Shown: positions 6,857-16,476, counted from the stretch's first letter. The stretch: DNA of 53,949 nucleotides from an uncultured bacterium (GCA_965364445.1 CBDTXM010000001.1:1-53949), one strand, 5' to 3'. Notes: generated from the sequence alone by a model not told the origin. Translations and numbers: made by a program.

Positions 6857-9426
6857 CCGGGGCCACCACGCATACGCCGCTGATTCAACAATACCTCGAC
6901 GTCAAGGCGAAGCACCCGGACTGCATCCTGTTCTTCCGGGTGGGCGACTTCTACGAGATGTTCTTCGAGGACGCCCGGGAAGGGAGCCGACTGCTCGGCA
7001 TCACGCTGACTTCCCGGAATAACGGTTCCTCGGATGTCCCCCTCGCCGGTGTTCCGGTCAAGGCACTCCCCGAGTACCTCCCCCGCCTCGTGAAAGCGGG
7101 ACGCCGGGTAGCGATCTGCGAGCAGGTCGAGGATGCGGCCCGGGCCGAGGGACTCGTCAGGCGCGAGGTCGTGGAGATCGTCACGCCCGGCGCCGCCATC
7201 GATGATGTTCTGCTCGAGGGCGGGCGCAACAACTTCGTCGCCGCCGTCGCCGGAGAGAGTCCGCTCGGAATCGCGACGGCGGACCTGTCTACCGGCGAGG
7301 TGGAGGTCTGGGAGTGTAACCCGGATGCGCTCGCCGACGAACTCAGCCGCATCGAGCCGGCCGAGCTCCTGATTCGCGCCTCCGCGGCCGATCCTCCCGG
7401 CGGGCCATGGATCGTCACGCGCCGCGAGCCCTGGCGGTTCGAGGCGGACGTCGGCGCCGAGGCCCTGCGCCGGGTCTACCGGACCACCGGTGTCGATGGA
7501 TTCGGATTCGAGTTGCCCGCGGATCGGCACCTTGTGGCCGCGGCCGGGGCGATGGCGGCGTATCTGGAAGAGGTAAGGCCGGCGGGCGTCGATCATCTGC
7601 GGTCGCCCCGCGTGAACCGCATCGGCCGCCACCTTCACCTCGACGAAATGACCCGCCGCAACCTCGAGATCGTGGAGCCCCTGCGGGCGGGTGAGGGCGG
7701 AACGCTCGTGGAGGTGCTGGACCGGACCCGCACCCCAATGGGCCGGCGACTGCTGCGCCGCCGGATCCTCCGTCCGCTGGTGGATCTCGCCGCGATCGAG
7801 CGACGGCTCGACGCCGTACAGGAGCTGGTGGAGGACCGTGACCGCCGCGACGATCTGCGCGCCGCGCTGGGCGAGATCCGGGACCTGGAGCGCCTTTCGA
7901 CCCGCGTCGCCCTGGGGCGCGTATCTCCTCGCGAGATGCTGGGACTCGGTCGCTCCCTGGAGCCGCTGCCGGCCGTTGCCGAAGTGCTGTCGCATTCGCG
8001 CGCTCCCCGCATGCGGGAGATCGCGGACGGCTTCGACGATCTCGGCGACCTGCGCGAGCGGATCGAATCAGCGATCGATCCGGACACGCCGGCGGCCCTG
8101 ACATCCGGCGGAGTGCTCCGGAGAGGATACGATGCGCAGCTTGACGAGTTGCGCGAAATCAGGGACGGAGCGGTGAACTGGATCGCCCGGCTCCAGGCGC
8201 GGGAACGTGAAGACACGGGAATCGAAAGCCTCAAGGTCGGATACAACAAGGTGTTCGGCTACTACATCGAAGTGACCCGATCCAACCTCGGCCGGGTTCC
8301 CGACCGCTTCGACCGCAAGCAGACGCTGGCCAATGCCGAGCGCTTCATCACGCCCGAGCTCAAGGAGTGGGAAGCGAAGGTATTCGATGCCGAAGCCCGG
8401 ATCGCCGAGACCGAGGCAGAGCTGTTCCGGGAGCTGCGCGAGGATCTCGCCACTCAGGTGTCGCGAGTTCAGGCGACGGCCGAACGCATCGCCGAACTGG
8501 ACGTTCACGCCTCGCTCGCCGAGAGCGCCGAGCGCGATGGCTACGTTCGACCGGAGCTGAGCGATGACTTCGGCCTCGAGATCGTCGCGGGTCGCCACCC
8601 GGTGGTCGAGCGACGCATCGCGCGCGAGGCGTTCATTCCGAACGACATCCGGCTGGATCGGGATGGATACGTGATGATCCTCACCGGACCCAACATGGCT
8701 GGAAAGTCGACCTTTCTGCGCCAGGTGGGGTTGATCGCCCTGATGGCCCAGGTGGGATCGTACGTGCCGGCCGACAGCGCGAGAATCGGGCTGTGTGACC
8801 GGGTGTTCACCCGGGTGGGAGCGTCCGACAGCCTGGCGCGCGGCCAGAGCACCTTCATGGTCGAGATGACGGAGACCGCGACGATCCTGAATGGCGCTAC
8901 CGACAGGAGCCTGGTGCTGCTCGACGAGATCGGCCGGGGAACATCGACCTACGACGGCGTGGCGATCGCCTGGGCCGTCACCGAGCACATTCACGAGGAA
9001 CTTGGCGCTCGGACGGTCTTCGCCACGCACTACCACGAGCTGGTCGAGCTGGCGGACTCCCTGCCCGGGGTGGAGGCGTGGAATGTCGCGGTGCGCGAAA
9101 CGGGCGACGAGATCGTCTTCCTGCGGCGGCTCGAACCGGGCGGCTGCGATCGGTCATACGGCGTTCACGTGGCCCGGCTGGCCGGGGTTCCGCGTTCCGT
9201 GATCGAACGGGCCTTCGAGGTCCTGCATGAGCTGGAGGATGGGCCCGACGGAGGTACGAGGCTCGCGCACCTGGTCGATCGGGGGCGCAACCAGCTCTCT
9301 CTGTTCGGAGCGACAGACCCGGCACTGGCAGAGCAGATTTCGGCCGTGGATGTGGACCGGTTGACGCCCCTCGAAGCCCTCCTGCTCGTGAGCGAGTGGA
9401 AACGGCGGCTGGGGGGGGAGCAGTGA
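6853..9426 (+). CDS. mutS: DNA mismatch repair protein MutS
   Basis: 857 aa. N-terminus TPLIQQYLDVKAKHPDCILFFRVGDFYEMFFEDA, Walker A GPNMAGKSTFLRQ, and STFMVEM and DEIGRGTSTYDG motifs. Confidence 0.97.
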   Translation: MTGATTHTPLIQQYLDVKAKHPDCILFFRVGDFYEMFFEDAREGSRLLGITLTSRNNGSSDVPLAGVPVKALPEYLPRLVKAGRRVAICEQVEDAARAEGLVRREVVEIVTPGAAIDDVLLEGGRNNFVAAVAGESPLGIATADLSTGEVEVWECNPDALADELSRIEPAELLIRASAADPPGGPWIVTRREPWRFEADVGAEALRRVYRTTGVDGFGFELPADRHLVAAAGAMAAYLEEVRPAGVDHLRSPRVNRIGRHLHLDEMTRRNLEIVEPLRAGEGGTLVEVLDRTRTPMGRRLLRRRILRPLVDLAAIERRLDAVQELVEDRDRRDDLRAALGEIRDLERLSTRVALGRVSPREMLGLGRSLEPLPAVAEVLSHSRAPRMREIADGFDDLGDLRERIESAIDPDTPAALTSGGVLRRGYDAQLDELREIRDGAVNWIARLQAREREDTGIESLKVGYNKVFGYYIEVTRSNLGRVPDRFDRKQTLANAERFITPELKEWEAKVFDAEARIAETEAELFRELREDLATQVSRVQATAERIAELDVHASLAESAERDGYVRPELSDDFGLEIVAGRHPVVERRIAREAFIPNDIRLDRDGYVMILTGPNMAGKSTFLRQVGLIALMAQVGSYVPADSARIGLCDRVFTRVGASDSLARGQSTFMVEMTETATILNGATDRSLVLLDEIGRGTSTYDGVAIAWAVTEHIHEELGARTVFATHYHELVELADSLPGVEAWNVAVRETGDEIVFLRRLEPGGCDRSYGVHVARLAGVPRSVIERAFEVLHELEDGPDGGTRLAHLVDRGRNQLSLFGATDPALAEQISAVDVDRLTPLEALLLVSEWKRRLGGEQ

Positions 9427-9839
9427 CCGCCGGCCGGAGCGTCCGCCTTCTGGCCGCGTGCACGTGCGTCGCCGGTTGCGCCGATACGGTGAACCCGGGC
9501 CGCACGGGCCTGCGCCTGGGGCTCGAGGAAGGTCCTCTCCGACCACCGGCGGCCGAACGATCGGGCGTCTTCGAATTTCCGCGCAGCGCCTGGGAGAAGG
9601 GAATCGGTGGAACCACCGTCCTCAAGATCCTGATCGCCGCCGACGGCACCGTCGACTCCGCCATCGTTCTCGAGTCGAGCGGGTACCGGCCGCTCGATTC
9701 GGCGGCGGTGGCGAATGCGGGCAAGCTGCGCTATCGACCCGCGGAGCAGGGGGGGGAAGCGGTTGCGATCTGGGGCAGGCTTCCCGTGATCTACCCACTT
9801 CCGGAAGAAGGGAAGTCGGATGGACCCTCGAGTCCCTGA
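9423..9839 (+). CDS. TonB C-terminal domain lipoprotein (energy-transducer-like, truncated architecture)
   Basis: GTG 9423 overlaps the mutS TGA. Lipobox-like LLAACTCVAGC. The C-terminal region GGTTVLKILIAADGTVDSAIVLESSGYRPLDSAAVANAGKLRYRPAEQGGEAV resembles TonB_C. Confidence 0.68.
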   Translation: MTAGRSVRLLAACTCVAGCADTVNPGRTGLRLGLEEGPLRPPAAERSGVFEFPRSAWEKGIGGTTVLKILIAADGTVDSAIVLESSGYRPLDSAAVANAGKLRYRPAEQGGEAVAIWGRLPVIYPLPEEGKSDGPSSP

Positions 9840-9843
9840 TACG

Positions 9844-10878
9844 ATGCCGCCCGACGAAAAGGGTCGGACTGGAGCCGTGTACGACAGCGTGATCGAGGCG
9901 ATCGGTCGGACCCCTTTGGTCCGCCTTCACCGGCTCACCGAAGGAATCCGGACCCCCGTCTACGTCAAGATGGAGTCGTTCAACCCGGGCGGCTCGGTCA
10001 AGGACCGCATTGGTCTGTCAATGATCGAATCCGCCGAGCGGGCGGGGCTGCTGGGCCCCGGAGGAACGGTCGTGGAAGGCACCTCCGGGAACACGGGAGT
10101 CGGGCTCGCCATCGTGGCCGCCGTTCGTGGCTACCGCTGCATATTCACGATCCCCGACAAGATGAGCGCCGAGAAGATCAAGCTGCTCCGCGCGTACGGC
10201 GCGGAAGTCGTGATCACACCCTCGGACGTTCCGCCCGACCACCCGGAATACTACGTCAATGCGGCGCGCCGGATCGCCGATGAGACACCGGGAGCCTTCA
10301 TGGCGGACCAGCACTACAACCCGGACAACCCCGAGGCCCACTACAGAACCACCGGGCCCGAAATCTGGCGGCAGACCGGGGGGCGGGTGACGCATTTCGT
10401 GGCCTCGCCGGGAACCGGAGGGACGATCAGCGGAACCGGCCGTTTCCTGAAAGAGCGGAATCCGGAGATCCGGATCGTGGCCGGCGACCCGGAGGGCTCC
10501 ATCTACGCGGAGTACGCGCGCACCGGCCAGAAGGGACCGGACGCGCCGTATCTCGTGGAGGGGATCGGTAACGACAAGCTGTCGGGCACCGTGCACTTCG
10601 AGTGGATCGACGAGTTCCGCACGGTCGGCGACCCGGAATCTTTCGCCATGGCCCGGAGGCTGGCGCGCGAGGAGGGATTGCTGTCCGGCGGATCCACCGG
10701 CCTGATCGTGAGCGTGGCGCTCGACGTGGCACGCGAGGTCGACGACCCGGATGCGTGCATCGTGACCCTGCTCTGCGACTCCGGCGAGCGGTACCTTTCC
10801 AAGGTCTTCGACGAGGAGTGGCTGCGGGCGAATGGACTGGAAGGGGTCCTGGATGCGGAAGCGGAAGCCGGTGAATGA
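9844..10878 (+). CDS. PLP-dependent cysteine synthase family protein (CysK / cystathionine beta-synthase-like)
   Basis: PLP-lysine motif NPGGSVKDRIG, GTSGNTGVGLA, GTGGTISG, and YLVEGIGND. Start chosen at ATG 9844 (MPPDEKG), after the upstream stop. Confidence 0.85.
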   Translation: MPPDEKGRTGAVYDSVIEAIGRTPLVRLHRLTEGIRTPVYVKMESFNPGGSVKDRIGLSMIESAERAGLLGPGGTVVEGTSGNTGVGLAIVAAVRGYRCIFTIPDKMSAEKIKLLRAYGAEVVITPSDVPPDHPEYYVNAARRIADETPGAFMADQHYNPDNPEAHYRTTGPEIWRQTGGRVTHFVASPGTGGTISGTGRFLKERNPEIRIVAGDPEGSIYAEYARTGQKGPDAPYLVEGIGNDKLSGTVHFEWIDEFRTVGDPESFAMARRLAREEGLLSGGSTGLIVSVALDVAREVDDPDACIVTLLCDSGERYLSKVFDEEWLRANGLEGVLDAEAEAGE

Positions 10879-10920
10879 GGGGGAAAGGGCTCGCGTGAAA
10901 GCCAATGGGGCCGAGGCCTG

Positions 10921-11955
10921 ATGAGCAGGCTTCGCGTAGCGGTTCTGCTCGGTGGCACGAGCGAAGAGCGGAAGGTCTCGCTCGCGTCCGGACGGGCTGT
11001 GATCGAGGCCCTCCGCAGCCGCGGTCATTCGGTCGTGGCGGTCGATCCCGCCTTCGGTTCGATCCCCGGTGACGAGGAAGATCACTATCTCGGGGGGGCG
11101 GTCGGTCCGGCTCCCCCCGAACTCGAGGCGCTGCGTGAGATGGGTATGGCGGCGCTCGGCACGGCGCTGGCGGAGCTGCCGGCGGTGCGCGACTCGGATC
11201 TCGCTTTCATTGCGTTGCATGGCGGTGACGGAGAGAACGGGCGGGTGCAGGCGCTGCTCGACATGGGTGGCGTGCCGTACACGGGTAGCGGGTTCGTGGG
11301 CAGCTCCCTGGCCTTCGACAAGCGACTGTCGAAGGAGCTGCTGGTCCAGGCGGGCGTCCCGACCCCCGACTGGGCTCGACGGGGCGAGGCACCCGGATCG
11401 ACACTCGGCCGTATGGGACTGCCGCTCGTGGTGAAGCCGTCCTGCGGCGGGTCGACGGTCGGTCTGACGATCGTGCGTCGGGCCGAAGAGCTCGGTGCCG
11501 CGATCGGTCTCGCCGGCAGGTACGACGATGACGTGCTCTGCGAGGCGTTCGTGCCGGGGCGCGAATTGACGGTAGCGTTGCTCGATGGGGAGCCGCTTCC
11601 GGCGGTCGAGATTTTTCCGGGCAACGAGATCTACGATTACGAATCGAAGTACACACCCGGTCTGTCACGCTACGAGTCACCTGCCGCGCTCGATCCCGAC
11701 GATCAGGACCGGCTTGCAGAGCTCGCCGTCAGGTCCTGGTATGCGCTGCGGCAGAGTTCGTTCAGCCGCATAGACTTCCGAAGGGACGAGAGCGGTGAGT
11801 TCTGGTGCCTGGAAGCGAATTCGGTTCCCGGCCTCACGGCGACCAGTCTCGTCCCGAAGGCGGCGGCCGCCGCAGGGATCAGCTTCCCGGAGCTGTGCGA
11901 GCGTATCGCCGTGTCGGCCCTGGAATCGGACCTCCGTGACGAGCGAAGGGACTGA
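10921..11955 (+). CDS. ddl: D-alanine--D-alanine ligase
   Basis: N-terminus RVAVLLGGTSEERKVSLASG, ATP-grasp region, and C-terminal EANSVPGLT motif. Confidence 0.92.
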   Translation: MSRLRVAVLLGGTSEERKVSLASGRAVIEALRSRGHSVVAVDPAFGSIPGDEEDHYLGGAVGPAPPELEALREMGMAALGTALAELPAVRDSDLAFIALHGGDGENGRVQALLDMGGVPYTGSGFVGSSLAFDKRLSKELLVQAGVPTPDWARRGEAPGSTLGRMGLPLVVKPSCGGSTVGLTIVRRAEELGAAIGLAGRYDDDVLCEAFVPGRELTVALLDGEPLPAVEIFPGNEIYDYESKYTPGLSRYESPAALDPDDQDRLAELAVRSWYALRQSSFSRIDFRRDESGEFWCLEANSVPGLTATSLVPKAAAAAGISFPELCERIAVSALESDLRDERRD

Positions 11956-11957
11956 GA

Positions 11958-12908
11958 ATGGGCCTCTGGGATCGGTCTTACACGGGAGGCCCGCAGCGCC
12001 GGGCAGGGGGCGGATTCGGCGTCGGCGCCGGCGACGGGTGGAGCGGCGCGGGCCGGCGCGACCCGTTCGCGGCACTGACGCCGTGGGTCAAACGGCTGAT
12101 GGCGATCAACTTCGCCATCTGGGCCCTGATGGCGATCGGGCTCATTCCGTGGAGCGCTGCACGCGACCTTCTCGCCTTCTCGGCGGACCGGGTGCTCGTG
12201 CGTCCCTGGACGTTCGTGACCTACATGTTCGTTCATGCGGGGTTCGGTCATCTGTTCTTCAACATGCTCGCACTGTTCTTCTTTGGACCCCCGCTCGAGC
12301 GCACCTGGGGCAGTCGGGACTTCATCCGGTATTACCTGGTGTGCGGGGTCGGTGGATCGGTCGCGGCGTTGCTGCTGGTGAACCTCGTAGGCGTCGCTCC
12401 CATGGTCGGTGCGTCGGCGGCGATCTTCGGGATCCTGCTGGCGTTCGCCCTCACGTGGCCGGATGCCCCGATCTATCTCTGGTTTCTGCTGCCCATCAAG
12501 GCGAAGTACTTCGTCGGATTCCTTGCCCTGATGACGCTCTATTCGACGATTTCGTCGGGTCGCGCGGCCGGCGGAACCGCGCACTGGGCGCATCTCGGGG
12601 GTCTCGTAGCCGGCTTCCTGTGGCTTCGGTTCGGCGATCGGATCGGTACCTCGGCGGGCCGGGCGATCGGGAAGGCCCGACGCGCGGGAAGCGGCCTCAA
12701 GAGCGTCGGCAAGGACACGAAGCCGGGAGCCGCGAAGCGAGACCCGAAGCGGCGACCGAGGTCCGGCGCCTCGAATGACTCCCTCGATGAGGTGAACCGG
12801 ATTCTCGACAAGATCGGAGAGCGCGGCATGGACTCCCTGACGCCGGCCGAGCTCAAGTTTCTCAACGAAATGAGTCAGCAAAAGAGTGATACGGACCGGA
12901 AACACTGA
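11958..12908 (+). CDS. Rhomboid family intramembrane serine protease with C-terminal soluble extension
   Basis: Catalytic GASAAIFG serine motif and HWAHLGGLVAGF histidine motif, with multiple TM segments. It also has a basic linker of about 90 aa plus the tail LDEVNRILDKIGERGMDSLTPAELKFLNEMSQ. Confidence 0.85.
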   Translation: MGLWDRSYTGGPQRRAGGGFGVGAGDGWSGAGRRDPFAALTPWVKRLMAINFAIWALMAIGLIPWSAARDLLAFSADRVLVRPWTFVTYMFVHAGFGHLFFNMLALFFFGPPLERTWGSRDFIRYYLVCGVGGSVAALLLVNLVGVAPMVGASAAIFGILLAFALTWPDAPIYLWFLLPIKAKYFVGFLALMTLYSTISSGRAAGGTAHWAHLGGLVAGFLWLRFGDRIGTSAGRAIGKARRAGSGLKSVGKDTKPGAAKRDPKRRPRSGASNDSLDEVNRILDKIGERGMDSLTPAELKFLNEMSQQKSDTDRKH

Positions 12909-13004
12909 GCCCCGTCGATCGACCTTTCGGCCTGCCGACGGCGCGGATAGTATGGCAGGTCTGTCCCTCTTCGTACGACTCCCCAGCCAGGAGGAAAAGG
13001 CGCG

Positions 13005-15101
13005 ATGGCCGTCGAATATCGTTCCCCCGACATCAGAAACGTCGTCATCCTCGGTCACGGCGGAAGCGGCAAGACCACGCTGACCGATGCGCTCTGCTAT
13101 ATCTCCGGCTCCACCTCCCGCCGCGGGCAGGTCGAGAGCGGCACCGCCCACACCGATTTCACGCAGGAGGAAATCGACCACGGGATCTCGATCAACCTGG
13201 CGGTGGCACGGGCCGAGTGGATGGACACGAAGCTCAACCTGATCGACACACCCGGGTACCTGGATTTCTTCGGCGAGGTGATGGCGGGGGTGCGGGTCGC
13301 CGACGGCGCGCTCGTGGTCGTGGGGGCGACGACGGGTGTCGAGGTCGGCACGGAGCGTTGCTGGCGCGCCGCCGAGGCCCGGGGTCTGCCTCGCATGGTC
13401 TTCATCAGCATGATGGATCGGGAAAACGCCAACTTCGACACCGCGTTCCAGCAGGTGCGCAACTCGTTCGGCAGCGGGGCGATTCCCGTCGAGGTCCCGA
13501 TCGGCAGCGGCGACCAGTTCACCGGAATCGTGAATCTGTTCTCCGGACACGCGCACGGATACCGGCCCAACTCCGACAAGGGCGAGTACGACCACATCGA
13601 GATTCCCGAGGAAGTCTCGGCGACCGTGGCCGCGTATCGGGAGCAGCTCATCGAATCGATCGCGGCGACCGACGACGAATTGCTCGAGGCCTATCTCGAA
13701 GGTGAGGAGCTCGACCGGGAGCGAGTCCTGGCCGGGATGAAGCAGGGAATGGCCCGGGGTGAGCTGTTCCCGGTGTTCTGCGGCTCGGGAGAGACGGGTC
13801 GAGGTGCCCGAGCCGTGCTCAAGAAGCTCGTCGAACTGATGCCGGCTCCCGACGAGATCGGACCCGTGCAGGCCACCGACACCCGCGGAAACGAAGTGGA
13901 GCTCGAGCCGAAGGACGATTCTCCGCTGACGGCGCTCGTATTCAAGACGACGCAGGAGCCTCGCGTCGGGGAGCTCAGCTATTTCCGGGTGTTCACCGGC
14001 AAGGCCGAGGGCGGATCGACGGTCGACAATGCGAACCGCGGTTCGACCGAGCGGATCTCGCACATCGGGATCCCGGATGCGACAACCCGCGAAGAAGTCG
14101 ACCGCCTGCACGCCGGCGACATCGGCGTGGTGGCGAAGCTGAAGGACACGCACACGGGCGACACCCTGAGTGCGCAGGGCAAGGGCCTGACCCTGCACGG
14201 GATCGCGTGGCCGAAAGCCGACATAGCCATCGCGCTCATGCCCGCGTCCCGAGGCGAAGAAGACAAGCTGGCGAACGGACTCTCGAAGCTGCACGAGGAG
14301 GATCCGACGTTCTCCGCCGCCTTCGATCCGGAGCTTGGACAGACGATCGCACGCGGGCTGGGTGAGCTGCACCTGAACATCGCGCTGGAGCGTCTGGCCA
14401 GGAAGTACGGGGTCAAAGTGGAGACCGAGCCGCCGCGGATTCCGTACCGTGAGACGATCACGAAGTCCGCAGAAGGGCAGGGTCGCTACAAGAAGCAGAC
14501 GGGCGGCCGCGGACAGTTCGGCGACTGCTGGCTTCGCATACGGCCTCGCGCACGCGGCGAGGGGTACGAGTTCATCAACAAGATCGTGGGAGGAGCCATT
14601 CCCGGGAAGTTCATCCCCGCCGTCGACAAGGGAGTGAAGGAAGCGGCGGATCGCGGCGTGATCTCGGGGTACCCGGTCGTGGACTTCGAGGTGGAATGCT
14701 ATGACGGTTCCTATCACTCGGTGGACAGTTCCGAGATGGCATTCAAGATCGCCGGCTCGATGGCCTTCCAGAAGGTCGTGAAGGGCGCGAAGCCGATCCT
14801 CCTCGAACCGATCATGACGATCACGGTCCGCGTGCCCGAAGACTACATGGGGGAAGTGATCGGAGACCTCAACCAGCGTCGCGGCCGGATTCTCGGGATG
14901 GACGCAGACGGGCACTGGCAGGAAGTGAAGGCGCACGTGCCACTGGCGGAGCTGTACAAGTACTCCACTTCACTGCGCTCCCTGACCCAGGGGAAGGGAC
15001 TGCACGATCGGGAGTTCCATGGATACGAGCCCGTCCCCTCGGACGTGGCGCAGAAGGTGATCGCGGACGCGGAGGCCCTGAAGGAGGCTGAAGGGCACTG
15101 A
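13005..15101 (+). CDS. Elongation factor G paralogue (EF-G2-like translational GTPase)
   Basis: 698 aa. P-loop GHGGSGKTT, DTPGYLDF, and EF-G domain IV/V-like C-terminus. AGGAGG RBS about 10 nt upstream. It is not flanked by rpsL/rpsG/tuf. Confidence 0.9.
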   Translation: MAVEYRSPDIRNVVILGHGGSGKTTLTDALCYISGSTSRRGQVESGTAHTDFTQEEIDHGISINLAVARAEWMDTKLNLIDTPGYLDFFGEVMAGVRVADGALVVVGATTGVEVGTERCWRAAEARGLPRMVFISMMDRENANFDTAFQQVRNSFGSGAIPVEVPIGSGDQFTGIVNLFSGHAHGYRPNSDKGEYDHIEIPEEVSATVAAYREQLIESIAATDDELLEAYLEGEELDRERVLAGMKQGMARGELFPVFCGSGETGRGARAVLKKLVELMPAPDEIGPVQATDTRGNEVELEPKDDSPLTALVFKTTQEPRVGELSYFRVFTGKAEGGSTVDNANRGSTERISHIGIPDATTREEVDRLHAGDIGVVAKLKDTHTGDTLSAQGKGLTLHGIAWPKADIAIALMPASRGEEDKLANGLSKLHEEDPTFSAAFDPELGQTIARGLGELHLNIALERLARKYGVKVETEPPRIPYRETITKSAEGQGRYKKQTGGRGQFGDCWLRIRPRARGEGYEFINKIVGGAIPGKFIPAVDKGVKEAADRGVISGYPVVDFEVECYDGSYHSVDSSEMAFKIAGSMAFQKVVKGAKPILLEPIMTITVRVPEDYMGEVIGDLNQRRGRILGMDADGHWQEVKAHVPLAELYKYSTSLRSLTQGKGLHDREFHGYEPVPSDVAQKVIADAEALKEAEGH

Positions 15102-15146
15102 CCGGTGCCCGCACGAACGTAAACGACTCATGGGAGACTGACGCAG

Positions 15147-15899
15147 TTGGCGGGACACAGCAAATGGGCGCAGATCAAGCGTCAGAAGGCCGTTACGGAT
15201 GCCGCTCGCGGGCGGACTTTCGGCAAGATGGGGCGGGAGATCGCCGTGGCCGCGCGTCTGGGGGGCGGAGACCCGAACTTCAACGCCCGCCTGCGCACGG
15301 CGATCGCAGCCGCGAAGGCCGTGAACATGCCGGCAGCGAACATCGACCGCGCGATCCAGCGGGGCACCGGCGAGTTGCCGGGGATGAGCTTCGAGGAGAC
15401 CACTTACGAAGGCTACGGCCCCGGCGGTGTGGCTCTCCTGCTCGAGTGCGTGACCGACAACACGAACCGAACCGTGGCCGAGATTCGTCACCGGATCGAG
15501 AAATCGGGAGGCAACCTGGGCCAGACCGGCTCGGTGGCCTGGATGTTCGAACGCAAGGGTCAGGTCTACGTGGACGCGAGTCGTTTCACGGAAGAGGCGG
15601 TCTTCGAGTCGGCCATCGCGGCCGGGGCCGAGGACCTGGGCACCGAGGACGGCACGCACATCCTGACCACGACGGTAAGCGACTTCCACGTGGTTCAGGA
15701 GGCCCTCGCAGAGGCCGGGATCGATATCGACGAGGCCGAGCTCGCCTGGCTGCCGCAGAACACGATCCGGGTCGAGGGCAAGGAAGCCGACCGGCTCCTG
15801 CGCTTGATCGAGGACCTGGAGGAGCACGACGACGTGATGAAGCTGTGGGCGAACTTCGAGGTGGACGACGAGGCGTTCGCGGCGATGGGAGCGGAATGA
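15147..15899 (+). CDS. yebC: YebC/PmpR family DNA-binding transcriptional regulator
   Basis: TTG start. N-terminus MAGHSKWAQIKRQKAVTDAARG is diagnostic for the family. It lies upstream of ruvC, as in many bacteria. Confidence 0.93.
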   Translation: MAGHSKWAQIKRQKAVTDAARGRTFGKMGREIAVAARLGGGDPNFNARLRTAIAAAKAVNMPAANIDRAIQRGTGELPGMSFEETTYEGYGPGGVALLLECVTDNTNRTVAEIRHRIEKSGGNLGQTGSVAWMFERKGQVYVDASRFTEEAVFESAIAAGAEDLGTEDGTHILTTTVSDFHVVQEALAEAGIDIDEAELAWLPQNTIRVEGKEADRLLRLIEDLEEHDDVMKLWANFEVDDEAFAAMGAE

Positions 15900-15933
15900 T
15901 CGCGGCGCTGGTGGCCTGCTGCCGGTTCAAACG

Positions 15934-15958
15934 GGGGACGGGGCGCGGCTCCGTCCCC
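15934..15958 (+). terminator. Stem-loop GGGGACGG-N9-CCGTCCCC between yebC and ruvC
   Basis: Read directly: an 8-bp perfect stem with a 9-nt loop, starting 35 nt after the yebC stop. No clear U-tract. Confidence 0.3.
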
Positions 15959-15969
15959 TCCGCGTCTGT

Positions 15970-16476
15970 ATGAGGGTCCTGGGGATCGATCCCGGTTCGG
16001 CGGCGACTGGATTCGGCGTCGTGGAGGGCAGTTCGCACCGCGTGCGTCTGGTGGAGTGTGGGGTGATCCGCCCCACACGCGGTGCCGACCTCGCCGATCG
16101 ACTCCTCGAAATCCACGACGGCATTCTCTCCGTGATCGACCGGGCCGGACCCGAGTGCATGGCGGTAGAAGGAGTGTTCTATCGCGAGAACCCGCGCACG
16201 GCGGTGATTCTGGCTCACGCCCGGGGTGTGGCACTTCTCGCCGGCGCCGGGCGTGGACTGATCGTCGCCGAGTATCCGCCCGCCGAGATCAAGAAAGCCG
16301 TCGTCGGGACGGGCCGTGCTACCAAAGACCAGGTGGGATGGATGGTTCAGAAGCTGCTGGGGCTCGCCGAGCCGCCCCGACCCAGCGACGCCGCCGATGG
16401 CTGTGCGGCCGCCATCTGTCACATTCTCACCGGAACGGGGCCGCTGGCGGCGCGCCGGGCAGGCGTGGGCGGATGA
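15970..16476 (+). CDS. ruvC: Holliday junction resolvase RuvC
   Basis: MRVLGIDPGSAATGFGVVE N-terminus, about 168 aa, in ruvCAB context. Confidence 0.93.
   Translation: MRVLGIDPGSAATGFGVVEGSSHRVRLVECGVIRPTRGADLADRLLEIHDGILSVIDRAGPECMAVEGVFYRENPRTAVILAHARGVALLAGAGRGLIVAEYPPAEIKKAVVGTGRATKDQVGWMVQKLLGLAEPPRPSDAADGCAAAICHILTGTGPLAARRAGVGG

Noticed and set aside
5397-6869. 490-aa minus-strand ORF, plus similar ones at 6766-7995, 18082-19599, 19082-20659, 21671-23167 and 38005-39786
   Set aside because: All are antisense to strongly supported plus-strand genes (holA/SPOR, mutS, queA, tgt, fmt/thiE, uvrA). All show the Arg/Pro-rich composition typical of spurious frames in GC-rich DNA.
11703-14936. 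1077-aa ORF on the minus strand, the longest antisense ORF in the track
   Set aside because: It lies antisense to the well-supported ddl 3' end, rhomboid and EF-G genes. Its translation is Arg/Pro/Gly/His-rich with no recognisable motifs. Long stop-free antisense frames are expected in high-GC coding DNA.
15164-15973. Same-strand alternative-frame ORFs overlapping real genes (for example 15164-15973 over yebC, 37000-37854 over lysA, 42110-42934 over pspA, 45510-46403 over the dehydrogenase)
   Set aside because: Their translations are Arg/Gly/Pro-rich, in frames shifted relative to genes with clear family signatures. There is no evidence for genuine overprinting.
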